From NCBI RefSeq assembly GCF_009834535.1, contig NC_045697.1, positions 8,310,001 through 8,374,000 of the forward strand: 64,000 nucleotides of DNA, in the 5' to 3' direction. The notes beneath the pieces are model-generated. The model made no database searches, had not been told where the DNA came from, and saw only the letters and a program-made list of their open reading frames with translations. The position numbers were made by a program, and so were the translations under genes. Origin of the DNA: Camelus ferus (Eukaryota). Shown piece by piece: positions 11,291 to 22,293 of the stretch (positions are counted from its first letter, which is position 1; each line of letters begins with the position of its first letter).

Positions 11291-12069
11291 AACAGAGAAA
11301 GTCATGCCCTCTGGATTTTACCCTTTTCCTGTGTACATTGCAGGACTTGGGCAAGGAGTTCTTTGAATCTCCTTATAGTTTTAAGTCAATGATCCCTAAA
11401 CAGTTACAGGCAATTATGTCATTAGTTTGAGGGTTTATTCCAATGTTCAGCTGACTTCGACACACTTTTAAAATGCCTCTAGTCAGCATTCCAGGGGTGA
11501 GTGAGATTGGGAACGAGAGGCAAGGGAACCAGCACTTTCAAGTACCTAATTCTATTAGTTACAATTACACTCGGTATTTTGCCTTCAATGTCTAATTTCA
11601 CCAGAAGAAAAATCCCACTGAGCTAAGTAGTATATTAATTTTATGGCTGGGGAAACTAAAGTTGAATGGGTTATACCACATGTCTGAGATCACACACTAG
11701 TGAGGACTGAGACAGGATTAGAACCTTCTAGAGTCTTAGCAAAACATCACATTGTAAGGCTAAGACAATCCATTTCTGGGGCTTGAAAACTGTATTCTGT
11801 GTTTGGCTTTTTCCGTGTCCTTTATCTGATACCATCGATTGGACATGGTCAGTCTGCTGGATGGAATTTAATTCAATAACGCCTTCAACTCACATTCCCA
11901 AAATGCACCTGTCAATCTTGGAGATACGAAGATGAATGAGACATGGTTCCTTCCTTCAAGGAGTTTAAGTCTAGCGAAGGAGACAAAGTGTGAGCACAGA
12001 GACAGAAAACAGTGCGAGTGTGTCTGATGGACGTTTAAACCCGATGCCGCTGTTCACGGAACCACTGCT

Positions 12070-12960
12070 CACAGGCTCCATGACTGGACTCCACCCGCCT
12101 CTCTCTCCTCCACTCTCTCCTCTCTCCCACCAACACCCAGCCCCAATAACATTTTCTCAGTCCCTGAACATCTCAGGCAGCCTTTCTTTCAGGTCGTAAC
12201 ACACTTGTTTCCTCTAGAAGCCCCGGTTCCTCTGCCCATATCACTCTTCCCCGTACTCCACTTGTTTAACCCCTACTCGTCCTTCAGAACAGGTCTCAAC
12301 CTGTGACCCTCTCCAGTCTGCAGTAGGTGCCCTGCTTGTTCGAACCATATTACCTTGGGAGAGGCATGGTGAAGCCAGACACAGTTCAAGAGAAAGAAAC
12401 CGGAAAGAGTTTTATAGTTTTGTTACTCAGTTCCCTGGGGAAAACACAGCACGCCACGCAGGGCCATGTGGGGAAGCACCCAGGTGAGTCACAAGGTGGA
12501 GGGAGAAGGGGGCAGCTGTGGGCAAATGCCTTTACGGTGGCATCGCTAGGAAGGAACGGGCAAGGCGAGGTAAGCAGGCTTAGGATTGGCTACTTGGAAC
12601 AACTTCAGCAAGCTCTAGGGCACCGGGGTTGGCCTTGGGGACATGAGGCAGGTTTACAGTGGCTCAGAGTGTGTAAGCCCAGAAAAGGAGGTGGTTGGAG
12701 ATGAGACTTCATCAGCTGCTCAGGAAGAGGAACTAACTGGCCTCTTGCCAACGTCTCAAACTGAGTCAAGACAGCATTTTTTAAAACTTTATTTTAGTGC
12801 TTCAGCTCAGACACCTTGAACAACTCCTATCAGAAAGTGCATCTTGTAATTCCTTATTGAGCTTTTTTGCCTTTCCTACTTGATTAAACCAGCTCTGTGA
12901 GGGCAGGAACCACCTCAGCATCCAGCATTTAGGAGATACATGATGAATGTTTTGAATGAA
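12070..12960 (+). mobile_element. L2, interrupted by an LTR
   Basis: 'aacccctactcgtccttcag' before the LTR; 3' end 'agctctgtgagggcaggaacc...atgaatgttttgaatgaa' after it. Confidence 0.65.
12333..12800 (-). mobile_element. ERVL-class solo LTR, MER73/MER74-like
   Basis: 'ggaaggaacgggcaaggcgaggtaagcaggcttaggattggcta' and 'cacgccacgcagggccatgtggggaagcacc' match the reverse of this LTR group. Confidence 0.8.
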
Positions 12961-14869
12961 AGGTAATGGCTCTTAACTTGTGTTTTGAAGGATGAATAGG
13001 AGTTCCCTAGGAGCAGATGAGCTGAGTGGGAAACCTAGACAAAAGGAAGAGTAAGCCAAAAACTGAAATGTGCTGGAAAGTGTTAGTTTTGGGATGACAA
13101 ATGGTTTTAGGTTTTTTAGGTTAGCATTCAGAAAGAAATATCGAAGCGTAATGAGACTAGAGAAGATAACTTAAGGTTTGATTAGGAAAAAATTTATATG
13201 TTGGGCAAAGGGATTTGGATTCTATCCAACATACAATGGGGTGTCGTTAGGCCCCAGCACAAGAAGATGACCAAACCAGTAAGTACCATGGGTTGCTTCT
13301 CAATACGGGAAAATTAGGAAACATCGAATGTGTCCTACCATAAAAGATGCCCAGTGCTCAGCTGGCCCAGTTCTAAGCACAGATGTTCCTACCTCTATAG
13401 CCAGGCTCTGCATTCAGTTCATGACAGGGTCCATGATGAGACAGTGCCATGTTGGTAAACCCGAAAATGAGCCACCGAGAAATCCCTCAGCTCTTGCATC
13501 AATAGACTCCGTCTTTTCCCAGTGTAGTACAGATGAAAAAGAAACCTGTGGACAGTGCACATTTCCAAGTAAATGTAATGCCTAATATATGAAATTGCTA
13601 AAGTCATAAAAAAAACTCTGGTCTCCAGGCAGTTTATATTTCTCTAACGACGATCCAACTGTCTTTAAATGACTGTTTAATAACTACCCTGCTCCCTTAT
13701 TAAGGAAAAAACCATACATGGTGTGATACTGTACTATGGTTTATTATTTTTCTTCAGACACAGACATGACACCATAATATTAAGAAGTCATGTCTTTGGC
13801 CATATTCAAATAAACAAAATACACTAAAAGCCGTAATCTGTGAAGGATCGCAGGGTTTCCATCAGAAAATGAAAATGTAGATGCAGACATCCGATTTGCT
13901 CAGTTCCTTCAGGAACCCTTTACAGCCTGTTCCGTGCGAGACACAAAAGGCTTTTGTGACGCACATGCTGTGCATCACAAATGGAGAGCCCGGGCCAAAG
14001 AAAATATACAGTTACCAGAAGAATAAACCCAGGATGAAAAGCACAGAGGTAGCATCGATAGACGTCTAATGCGCCATTGGCCCCATCTGGTTAGAATCAC
14101 ATCATCAGAATTAGAGCCAGAGGAGACCTTCAGGTCATCCCACCTGTCCCCCTGCCAGCACAATAATCATCTTTTTGAGGACCAGGTCCAGTGCAATTTC
14201 ATCTGTCTCAGGAGACAAGAATTCCACAGATTCTGTGGGCAAGATATTTACCATGTTTAAAGAGGCAAGTGTAGTCATAGTCGAGATTTCAGGCAGCAAA
14301 AGGAATGAATTCAGCCTTTGAAACAGAAGGGATTGGCTTCTCAGAGCAGACATTCTCCTAGTGAAAGACAAAGAGCTCGGTGCCCAGAGAATCACCCCTG
14401 CGATGGGAATGAGAATTGCTGCGAGCCACCTAAGGGCTTAAGGGAGCCTCAGAACTGCCGAGGGACTTCCTAGAATCAGTCCAAGGGAATGCTACGCAGT
14501 GTTCAAACCTTTCTTCCTTGGTACAAATGGGACTGGAACGGTTGTGATCAGGAACCAGCTAAGGTGCTGGAAAAAGAGGTGAGCTGGAAATCAGATCTAC
14601 AGGTTCTCATCAGAGATGACAGAGGACACCTTCTTTTAATTTGGAGGTGGTGGACGAAAGGAGGACGATCGCATATTAAGAGAAATCCTACGTGAAGAGC
14701 CAAGAGGTAGAGTCAGAACACATGTCAGATTTTCTAGGGTCTGAAGGTAGCATCAAATACATGGTCAATGGAGTCAAGAGTTTGGAAGTAGGGAGATAAG
14801 ATCTAGTATAAACTTTGAGAAGTTTGAGGTCAAAAGGAATGAGGGGCACCTAAATGACTACCTTTAAGA

Positions 14870-15098
14870 GACATTTTAAAGTTATTTTTATATAGTCAGA
14901 AATTTCACTCAAAAGAAGTGTTCTATATGATGTTTGATGCATATATAACAGACAGGAACACCAGCATTTCTGTAGTGAAGTGTGAGTTGGGATTAGGTGA
15001 GTGGGGAATTCTGGAGCCCTCCTGCCCAAACCCACCTGTTTCTACAGAGGACCTTGCCTCACTTCTGCAGAACCCCTGGCATTGATTTAAAAATACCA
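14870..15098. mobile_element. Old hAT-Charlie MITE (subfamily uncertain)
   Basis: 'ggagccctcctgccc...cacttctgcagaacccctgg...tttaaaaatacc' resembles the MER102/MER113 group. Confidence 0.5.
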
Positions 15099-15496
15099 AT
15101 TTTCAACTGCAGAATTAATGATTAATTATGTTGAGTATTCTGCAGTGGGGCATGTCAAAGAGGGGGGAGAAACAGTTCTTGAATTCTGCCCATGGAACTC
15201 AGAAGTTATTTTATTTAAGCTAATATCCTGTTACTTTGCACACACACAAAAATGTAGCTGGCAGTTGTCACAACCCCCAGTCTTACCCATCTCAGCAGAG
15301 CGTGTGCCATGCTGCCTTCATGTATCATCGGAGCAGGCTGGTCCAGCCTGAAGGATGCGGGGTGGGGAGTACAGCTGGGAGACAGAGTGGTGCGTAGAGC
15401 TGAGAAAATAGCCGAAGTAGAAAACAGGAGAGGAAGTTAGAAAAATAAAACCAGTCAGTAACAGGAGCATCTGGGATGAAACCTGGGTACTGATGG

Positions 15497-16048
15497 TGTA
15501 GCCAATGTTCTTGTTTCCTAAAGGAAACAGGTACACCGTCCTCCTTTCTTGCTAACAACAATGTTACTTTGTTTGGATGATACACCCTCCTCCACCCAGC
15601 CTTGTGCTTAACTAGACCAGTCACAGTAATTCCATTCCTCTTGCCAGTAATTGACTTAGGGAAGGAAAACTGACCTACGGAAGCTGACCATATGCCACTG
15701 TGGACAGAGGGGAGGTCTGACAGGGAGCTTCTGCTGCTGCTCCTGCAGTGGTGTGACTGGAGTAGGACGTGTAAGTGAGACTCTTCCTAGACATGTCTTT
15801 TCCTAGATCCTGGAACAACTGGACCCACAGCGGTCGTCTGTGACTAGGAGGGGACATACTGAGTAGCAACGTTGACACAGACAGCTTGAGTCCTTGACGT
15901 CGTGGCTGAATCACAAAATTACCCAGCCTTGGAACCGCCCCACCTTGGAGTTTCTCTCTGTAGAGGAAACGTCAGCTTTTTTCTTATCGCTTAGGTTAAG
16001 TGAAGCAGGGGATTCTGTTAGCAGCAAGCTAAGCATCCCAGCTGATAC
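15497..16048 (+). mobile_element. MaLR solo LTR, MLT1K/L-like
   Basis: 'ccagtcacagtaattccattcctcttgccagtaattgacttaggg' and 3' end 'ttctgttagcagcaagctaagcatcccagctgatac'. Confidence 0.7.
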
Positions 16049-16344
16049 TGGAGAAAGCAGCTTTATAACCCAGCTCACACCTGTCATCCCGTGAGGTGTT
16101 CCTTGCACATGTTATTTGGTATCTATCACTAAACTGACACTTTTCTTAAAGCATCAAATATTCATTCCACAGAGAAGGACCGAGAAATAGGATGAAAGGG
16201 AAAACATGGCCAGCTTTTGTGAGATGAAGTCACTTTCATCACAGCGTTTAAGAAACAGTTTAAAAATATTTATGCACGTTGGACTGACAAAGACCAGGTA
16301 GGAGGAAGAAACACCTTTGGAGAAACCAAGGAAAATAAATTGAT

Positions 16345-16460
16345 ACTGTCTGTGAGCTCTTTGACAGTAAGCACCATGTTCTGTCTATTGTTAGGCATCC
16401 TATACTCAGCAACATGCCTGGCACAAGGTAGGTGCTCCGTAAAGGCAGAATTAAGTAGCA
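16345..16460 (+). mobile_element. L2 3' end
   Basis: 'ctgtgagctctttgacag...catgcctggcacaaggtaggtgctc'. Confidence 0.7.
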
Positions 16461-17215
16461 GGAGGAGATTAGAGATCTGGTAATTGATTCTTAGTTTCAT
16501 CCAGGCATTTCCCAGTTGCTTATGGCACGTTTGAGTAGATGAGGCTGGGCTGCTACTAAGTCCAGACACTAGAACCAGTTAAACGTTAGTTGTGAGCGTG
16601 CCATAGCCATGAGAGTCTTGAGACAGAGACCGTTGACTGTTCATTAAAATTAAAATCCATGTTCAACTTCCCAGGATGGCAATAACAATCACAATGAAAA
16701 AACCTAAAACCTGTGGGCATGAGCGTCACCACTTACAATGATCTGACGTATCCTACCTCCAGCGATCTTTCCCACGGTCCTGGGCCCACACCAGGCTACA
16801 GTTTCCAGGTGCTCATGCATGATTTGGCCATGTGAGTGTGTTCCAGACAACAGAACGTGAGTGGACTTGATGGGGGCCATTTCTGGGCATAGCTTTTAAG
16901 AGGTTAAGTGTGTTGTCTCTATATCCTCCTTTCACTGTCCTACTGGGTAGTAAGGATGGAATGAAACTCCAGAGAGAGCCAGAGCCACGAACTGGGAGTT
17001 GCCTGGGTCTGTGAATTATTGTTGAACTATCAACATCAACCAGAAATAATCTGCTATTCACATTGACTTCTTATAAATTCTTCCATTTTTTTGTTACCAT
17101 AGTTTAGCCTACTTTAAATAATGCAGCTCGTCCACATCTATTTGGCTTGTGAGCATACCACCAGCCTTGTCAACATCTCAGGATGGTAGGGAGAATCATG
17201 TTTTTTAAAATTACT

Positions 17216-17278
17216 ACGCTGTACACCAGAAACTAACACAACATTGTAAATAAACTGTTCTTCAATTTTTTAAAAAAA
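17216..17278 (+). mobile_element. Very short LINE-1 tail (~60 bp)
   Basis: 'gctgtacaccagaaactaacacaacattgtaaataaactgttcttcaat' matches the terminus of other L1 copies in this window. Confidence 0.85.
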
Positions 17279-17289
17279 CTTGCAATGAA

Positions 17290-17505
17290 AATGGATGTGC
17301 TTTGCAGTTCACGATGCCTTACCATACACTATCTGGTATGGTCCTCCCATCAACCCCATAAAATAAGCAGGGTAGATGTTACCATCCTTGTTTCAGAGGT
17401 GAGAAATCCACGATCAAGGAGATTAAACAAATTGTCTAAATCCACTGAGTCCTAGACTTCGAATTTAAGCATAAATTCCCTCGATTCCAAATTCTTTGCT
17501 TTTCT
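17290..17505 (-). mobile_element. MIR SINE
   Basis: 'ttaccatccttgtttcagaggtgagaaatccacgatcaaggagattaaacaaattgtctaa'. Confidence 0.65.
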
Positions 17506-17804
17506 TGTAAATAGGCTGAGTGTCTGTCTCTGTCTCAAATATTTTCTTGATGGATAGCTTGATTGCAGCAATCCCCTAGAGGGACTGGGGATTATTTTAG
17601 AAGATTCAACTCACTTGAATTCTAAATATGGAATCTAAATATGGAAGGATTTCTCATTCCAGAGGATTTAGCAATGAAGTTGGCTCTACCACAGGTTATT
17701 TTTCTTTGTAGTGTCTCAGTGTCTCAGACTAGGTTGACTCCCACAGAGGTTACCGAGCTCATACTCCTCCAAAACAAAAACTTCCCAGACACATCCCTGA
17801 GAAC

Positions 17805-18090
17805 TGGTCAGCCTCTACTTGATCACCTCCACAGATGGTGTGCTCACTACTTCAAAAGCTTTCTTAACTTGTCGGTAAGGTAACCAACACATTCTGGTTT
17901 GCCCAGAACTTTCTCAATTTTATAACCGAAAGTCCCCAGGACCGGAAACCATTCAGTCCTGACTTAATCAGAAGGGTCAGTGACCCTACTACTACTGAAC
18001 AATGGAAATTATTAAAACACTTTTTTTATTGAAATAAAACCAGCTTTGCTACAACTTCTACTTGGTTTTCTTGTTTTGTCCTCTTCAGTG
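17805..18090 (-). mobile_element. L3/CR1 3' fragment split by MER81
   Basis: 'cagcctctacttgatcacctccacagatggtgtgctcactacttc' continues as 'ctacaacttctacttggttttcttgttttgtcctct'. Confidence 0.6.
17876..17988. mobile_element. hAT-Blackjack MITE MER81
   Basis: Degenerate TIRs taaggtaacc / agtgacccta; body 'ctggtttgcccagaact...gaaagtcccc...ggaaaccattcagtcc'. Confidence 0.85.
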
Positions 18091-19359
18091 TCCATTATTC
18101 AACCAAAATTTGTTTCTTGCTGATCTCTGGATAATCTCTGGTTTTCTATAGCCCCCAAATCATGCACAAAACTATACTTTCAAGCATTGCTCTATCATAA
18201 GCCATGGGATCGCTGGATCATAGATCTAAACTTCTAATCTTTCTAATCTTTAGGTTTGATAGACAGGGACTGACTGACACAGTAGCAACAATCCATATCC
18301 CCTAAATCAGTTATTCTCCCTATAAGCCTCTTGTGTAAGCCTTTTGAAATTGTTTTCCTGGTTCCCCAAGTTGAGTTTCACGATAGACTTACTGACAATA
18401 AAAATAAATGCACTCTTATTATAACCTATCATGGGTAAACATAATTTATTAATTAATAATAATTGATTCTTATGCAGAAAATAGTTATTTTTTCATTACA
18501 TGCTCTAGAGGAAAAAAAATTATCTTCTAAGATTTCACCTCACCATTGAGCTTAATGTGCCTCTGAGAACTGAACGCCTTTTTCTTTCTTTTCTTTTTTT
18601 CTAGTACGAGTGCACCACTTACTCTATGGGGAAGGGAACAGTCTCTACGTTATTGGCTACTGAGGGACCACCAAAACCAGGAAATTTGTGTTTTATGAGT
18701 GGTCCCCAAATCAAAGTAACAGGGTTATGGCCAACATCATCCTCTCACTCCCACTGGGTTCTTTTGGAGACGTGCCTTGGGGGCAAAAGCAACTTTTGCA
18801 GTGAAAAGCACATCTATTTCATTGATTTCCTTCCTGCTGGAAATCAAGACTGGGATCCTAATAGCCCATATGGCTTCTGCTCCAACCAGACAGCTCTCTT
18901 TATGCTGTTTGGATTTTCTTGCCACTTACAATATCTGTTACCTGGTAGAATACTTCATAAACCTAGTTCTTAAATATATAGTTTCTGTACATAGCAAAAA
19001 TTTCTTTAAAAAGTGAGTAAAATCCTGACTACCATGATGAGTCTTAGGGAATTTTTACAAATTAAAAAAAAAATTTTTTTAGAATCTGAGTTTTTTGAGA
19101 AGCAAATGTTTTAGGTTGACACTACTTTGGGAAAGTTAATAGTATACTCTTATAAATGGAGTAAAGTTTTTAAGGCTAAGTTTTTTAAACTGCAGGAAGT
19201 TAGGATGAAATGGGACTTTAGAGATCAGTAAGTTCAATCATGCTCATTTTACAGATGGGAAAATTGAAGTCCAGGGAACACAGATCATCACACTGACCAT
19301 CAGTAGCAGAGTTCTGAAGATGACCAAACTAACCTCTCACTTTAACTCAACAAGCTGGA

Positions 19360-19520
19360 CAGTGATTCTTTACCTCTAGGGAGCGAAGAAGCCCTTTGAG
19401 AACTGGATTGATATCATGGAACCTGGCGAAAATGCACATACACTCAGGATTTCTTGGTCTTTTCAGAAGATTTATATACCGTGTGAGGTTCATCTTTGGA
19501 TCCCACTGGGCCATGCCCTT
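19360..19520. mobile_element. hAT-Charlie MITE, MER117-like
   Basis: 'cagtgattctttacct...ccctttgagaactggattgatatcatgga...gaaaatgcacatacac'. Confidence 0.7.
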
Positions 19521-19914
19521 AGGCCATGAGATGTCTTTCCAAGGGAACAACTGGGGTAATTTCTAGCTGGGCTCTATATTAAGTGGGGAAATCAAATAAG
19601 AATTTAATTATTTGAAATTCAATACTTTTTAAAGATATATCAACTTGTTGTTTTACATTCATATTATGGTCTTAAGCAACTTCTACACAAACAAATTATT
19701 TGGGTATTAGGATAAAAATAAAAAATGTACCTCAAGGGTTAGTAGGGTCGGACTTGGACAAGGTCACCCTAGGATATCCAGCTCTGATTGTTCTAAATCT
19801 TACTGTGAGTCAAACTCCTTTACAAATGTAGGGAAAACAGGTTAATATTTTTTATTTCTGTTTTCCCAGTTTTAGCATGATCTGACTATACTGCGTGTCT
19901 ATGATAAACAATGA

Positions 19915-20395
19915 TAAATAACTGATATTAGTAACTAATGTTTACTGTGCTCTGTATACAAAGCGTGTGCCGATGGATTTATGTGTTGTATCTCTTCACA
20001 ACAGAAAAGGGTGGGTTTTATTATATACATTTTTACTGTTAAAAGGAATCAAATCCCACAGAGGTTTAAACATTTCCCAAGGCCATCAGCTAGAGCCACG
20101 GTTCTTTACCCAGAAAAATCACCCCACTCCACCTTAAGCAAAGAGATACTTGACGACGCCTGGAGGCATTTTTAATCATCCTAACTGGGAAGATTCTATT
20201 CACAGCTAGTAGGTAGAGGCCAGAAATGCCACTGAACATCCTACAATGTACCGGACAGACCCCACCCCCCTCCACACACACACAAAGAATTATTGGCCCA
20301 AAATGTCAATAATGCTGAGGTTGAGAAACCCCAAACTAGTAAGTGACACACTGAGGATTCAAATCTAAAGAATATGATTCCAGAGTGCACACTCA
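19915..20395 (-). mobile_element. MIR SINE split by MER20
   Basis: 'cccaaggccatcagcta' before MER20 and 'ctagtaagtgacacactgaggattcaaatc' after it form contiguous reverse MIR. Confidence 0.75.
20096..20333 (+). mobile_element. hAT-Charlie MITE MER20
   Basis: 'gtagaggccagaaatgccactgaacatcctacaatg...caaagaattattggcccaaaatgtcaataatgctgaggttgagaaaccc'; CTAG-containing flanks. Confidence 0.9.
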
Positions 20396-21434
20396 GTATC
20401 TGCTCTCAAAATGCATGTCTAATATTACATATTTTATCAAAATATTGATAATAATAATCTATCATTTTGCAAAAGGTTGTTGTGCTCACTTGACAGTGTA
20501 TGACCCACAGTTGTAGGGTCTAAGATATGAGACTGAATAATTCTTGGTAGATACGGCAAAATCCAAATGCATATACATACCACAGGGCTGCTGGGAAGGA
20601 CAGAGCCCACTTAAGAGAATCGCAGTGGCCAGGTTCACCCTAACAGGGCATCAATACTTAAATACGTATTTTTAAAATCTTAATTGGGTCACATTTTATT
20701 GAGGGAGGTGCCTTGCAGAGATTGATGGAACTAAAATTAAGCAAAGCTGTGTGCTTAATATTAAATTATTTTTCCCAAACATCTTTTGTGCAGTGAGCTG
20801 GGATCAGTCTGATTATTACAGCTGTAACTCAAGGTTTGCACCCAGAAAGCTGGCACCCAGGCTGGCATGGGCTTTAGCTAAGTAGAGGCCATCAGCTCCA
20901 TGCTCTGCTCTGGGCAGAGAGCAAGCTGAAGCCTCACGTCCTGATCCACCACTTCCCTGGTAGGTGCCTGGCGTACTCTCAGAGACCAGTAAAGAAGCCA
21001 TGACTTAGTGGAGACAGAGCAGGCTACGAACGGAGCAGTACTTCACTGCGGGGCAGAGATGCACCCTTTGGACTGGGGCTGACTTCTACAGCTGCAGTTT
21101 TGATAGCTTCATCAGAAAAGGAAATTGTAACAATCCTGGCAATTGCCCTCACTCAGTCAGTCATGAAACCCAGACCCCACTTAGTATTTGCATTAAGCCA
21201 ATAGAGCGTTAAGGTAAGGCTCCAATGCGGTACAGAAACGAACGCCTGTCCTTTGTGCCGGGCATTCAGTTTATATTCATTTCACAAGAGTTTCATGAGT
21301 ATTTGGTGTTAATTGCGCAATTTTTCACAGGCCACACACTGGCAAAACCAAGGAGGACACAAGACCATTATTATGCTCCTGGAATTTTCATGCTAATTTG
21401 AAAAATAACCAATAAGACTGTTAAGAATAATGAA

Positions 21435-21790
21435 CTATTCATTTATTCAGCAGACATTTTTTTAAAAATCTACTGTGTGCAAAGTACTGTGCTAGGTATA
21501 AAAGGAAAACATATATATATATGAGCCCTTTCCTCAAAAAGCTTGTAACGCAGTGGAAGAAGCAGACAGGTGGTATGGGAAAAATGAAAGAAAAGAAATG
21601 GGAAAGAGAAGGAATTCAGATATAAACACAAGTCCTGACTTTTCCTTGTTGGATTACCTTAGGAAAATTGCTGAACACTCTGGGGCTCAGTTTCCTCACC
21701 TTTGAAATGGACACAATTATACCTACTTTATAAAAAGAACGGACAGGTTTTTTAAAAATGCTATAATAGAAATAAGATTGTGGATGTTCA
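21435..21790. mobile_element. L2 3' end (-) followed by MIR (+)
   Basis: 'attcatttattcagcagacattt...ctactgtgtgcaaagtactgtgctagg' and 'ctcagtttcctcacctttgaaatggacacaattatacctac'. Confidence 0.7.
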
Positions 21791-22104
21791 TTTGCTCTCA
21801 AGTTCAGAGATGCCCAAAAAAGATACCTCTGGCTTCTTTCTAGTCCTAAAGAAGTTGATGCTGGCCAAGCTTCTCCCATTCTCCCCACCAAGGGTGCTTC
21901 AATTCAGAATCAAGGAAATTCAGACCCTAAAACTGGGGACGAAAAGAAAGAGGTTTGACACAGTCACCAGGTAATCCAAAGGTACATGTAGACAGGTGCA
22001 AAATATAAGGAATTAGCTCTCTCAGAGTACCCCAGTGTGTTCCTTAGGTGACAGTCTTTGGAAATGTCTAGGGTTGATAGGATATTGACAGTGAACCCTG
22101 TCTT

Positions 22105-22293
22105 CCTGTGTTTTAATCTTTAGTCCTGTCAATGCATCATTATCACTCCTGGAGCTTGTCTATAAACGTGGAAGCCAAGTCCCCCAACTCCAGACCAGTA
22201 AATCAGAATCTCTGGAGGGCTAGCCCAAGAAGACGTAAGTTGAAGAATCACTTCAGGAGACCGTGAAGCAAAGCCCGGTGTGGAAATCACGGC
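22105..22293. mobile_element. hAT-Charlie MITE MER5A
   Basis: 'cctggagcttgt...ccagaccagtaaatcagaatctctggagggctagcccaagaa'. Confidence 0.75.

Larger units (their letters stand above)
11880..13280 (-). mobile_element. L2, interrupted (pieces ~11880-12030 and ~12970-13280)
   Basis: 'ggagatacgaagatgaatgagacatggttccttccttcaaggagttta' continues as 'ttttgaaggatgaataggagtt...gggatttggattctatcc'. Confidence 0.65.
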
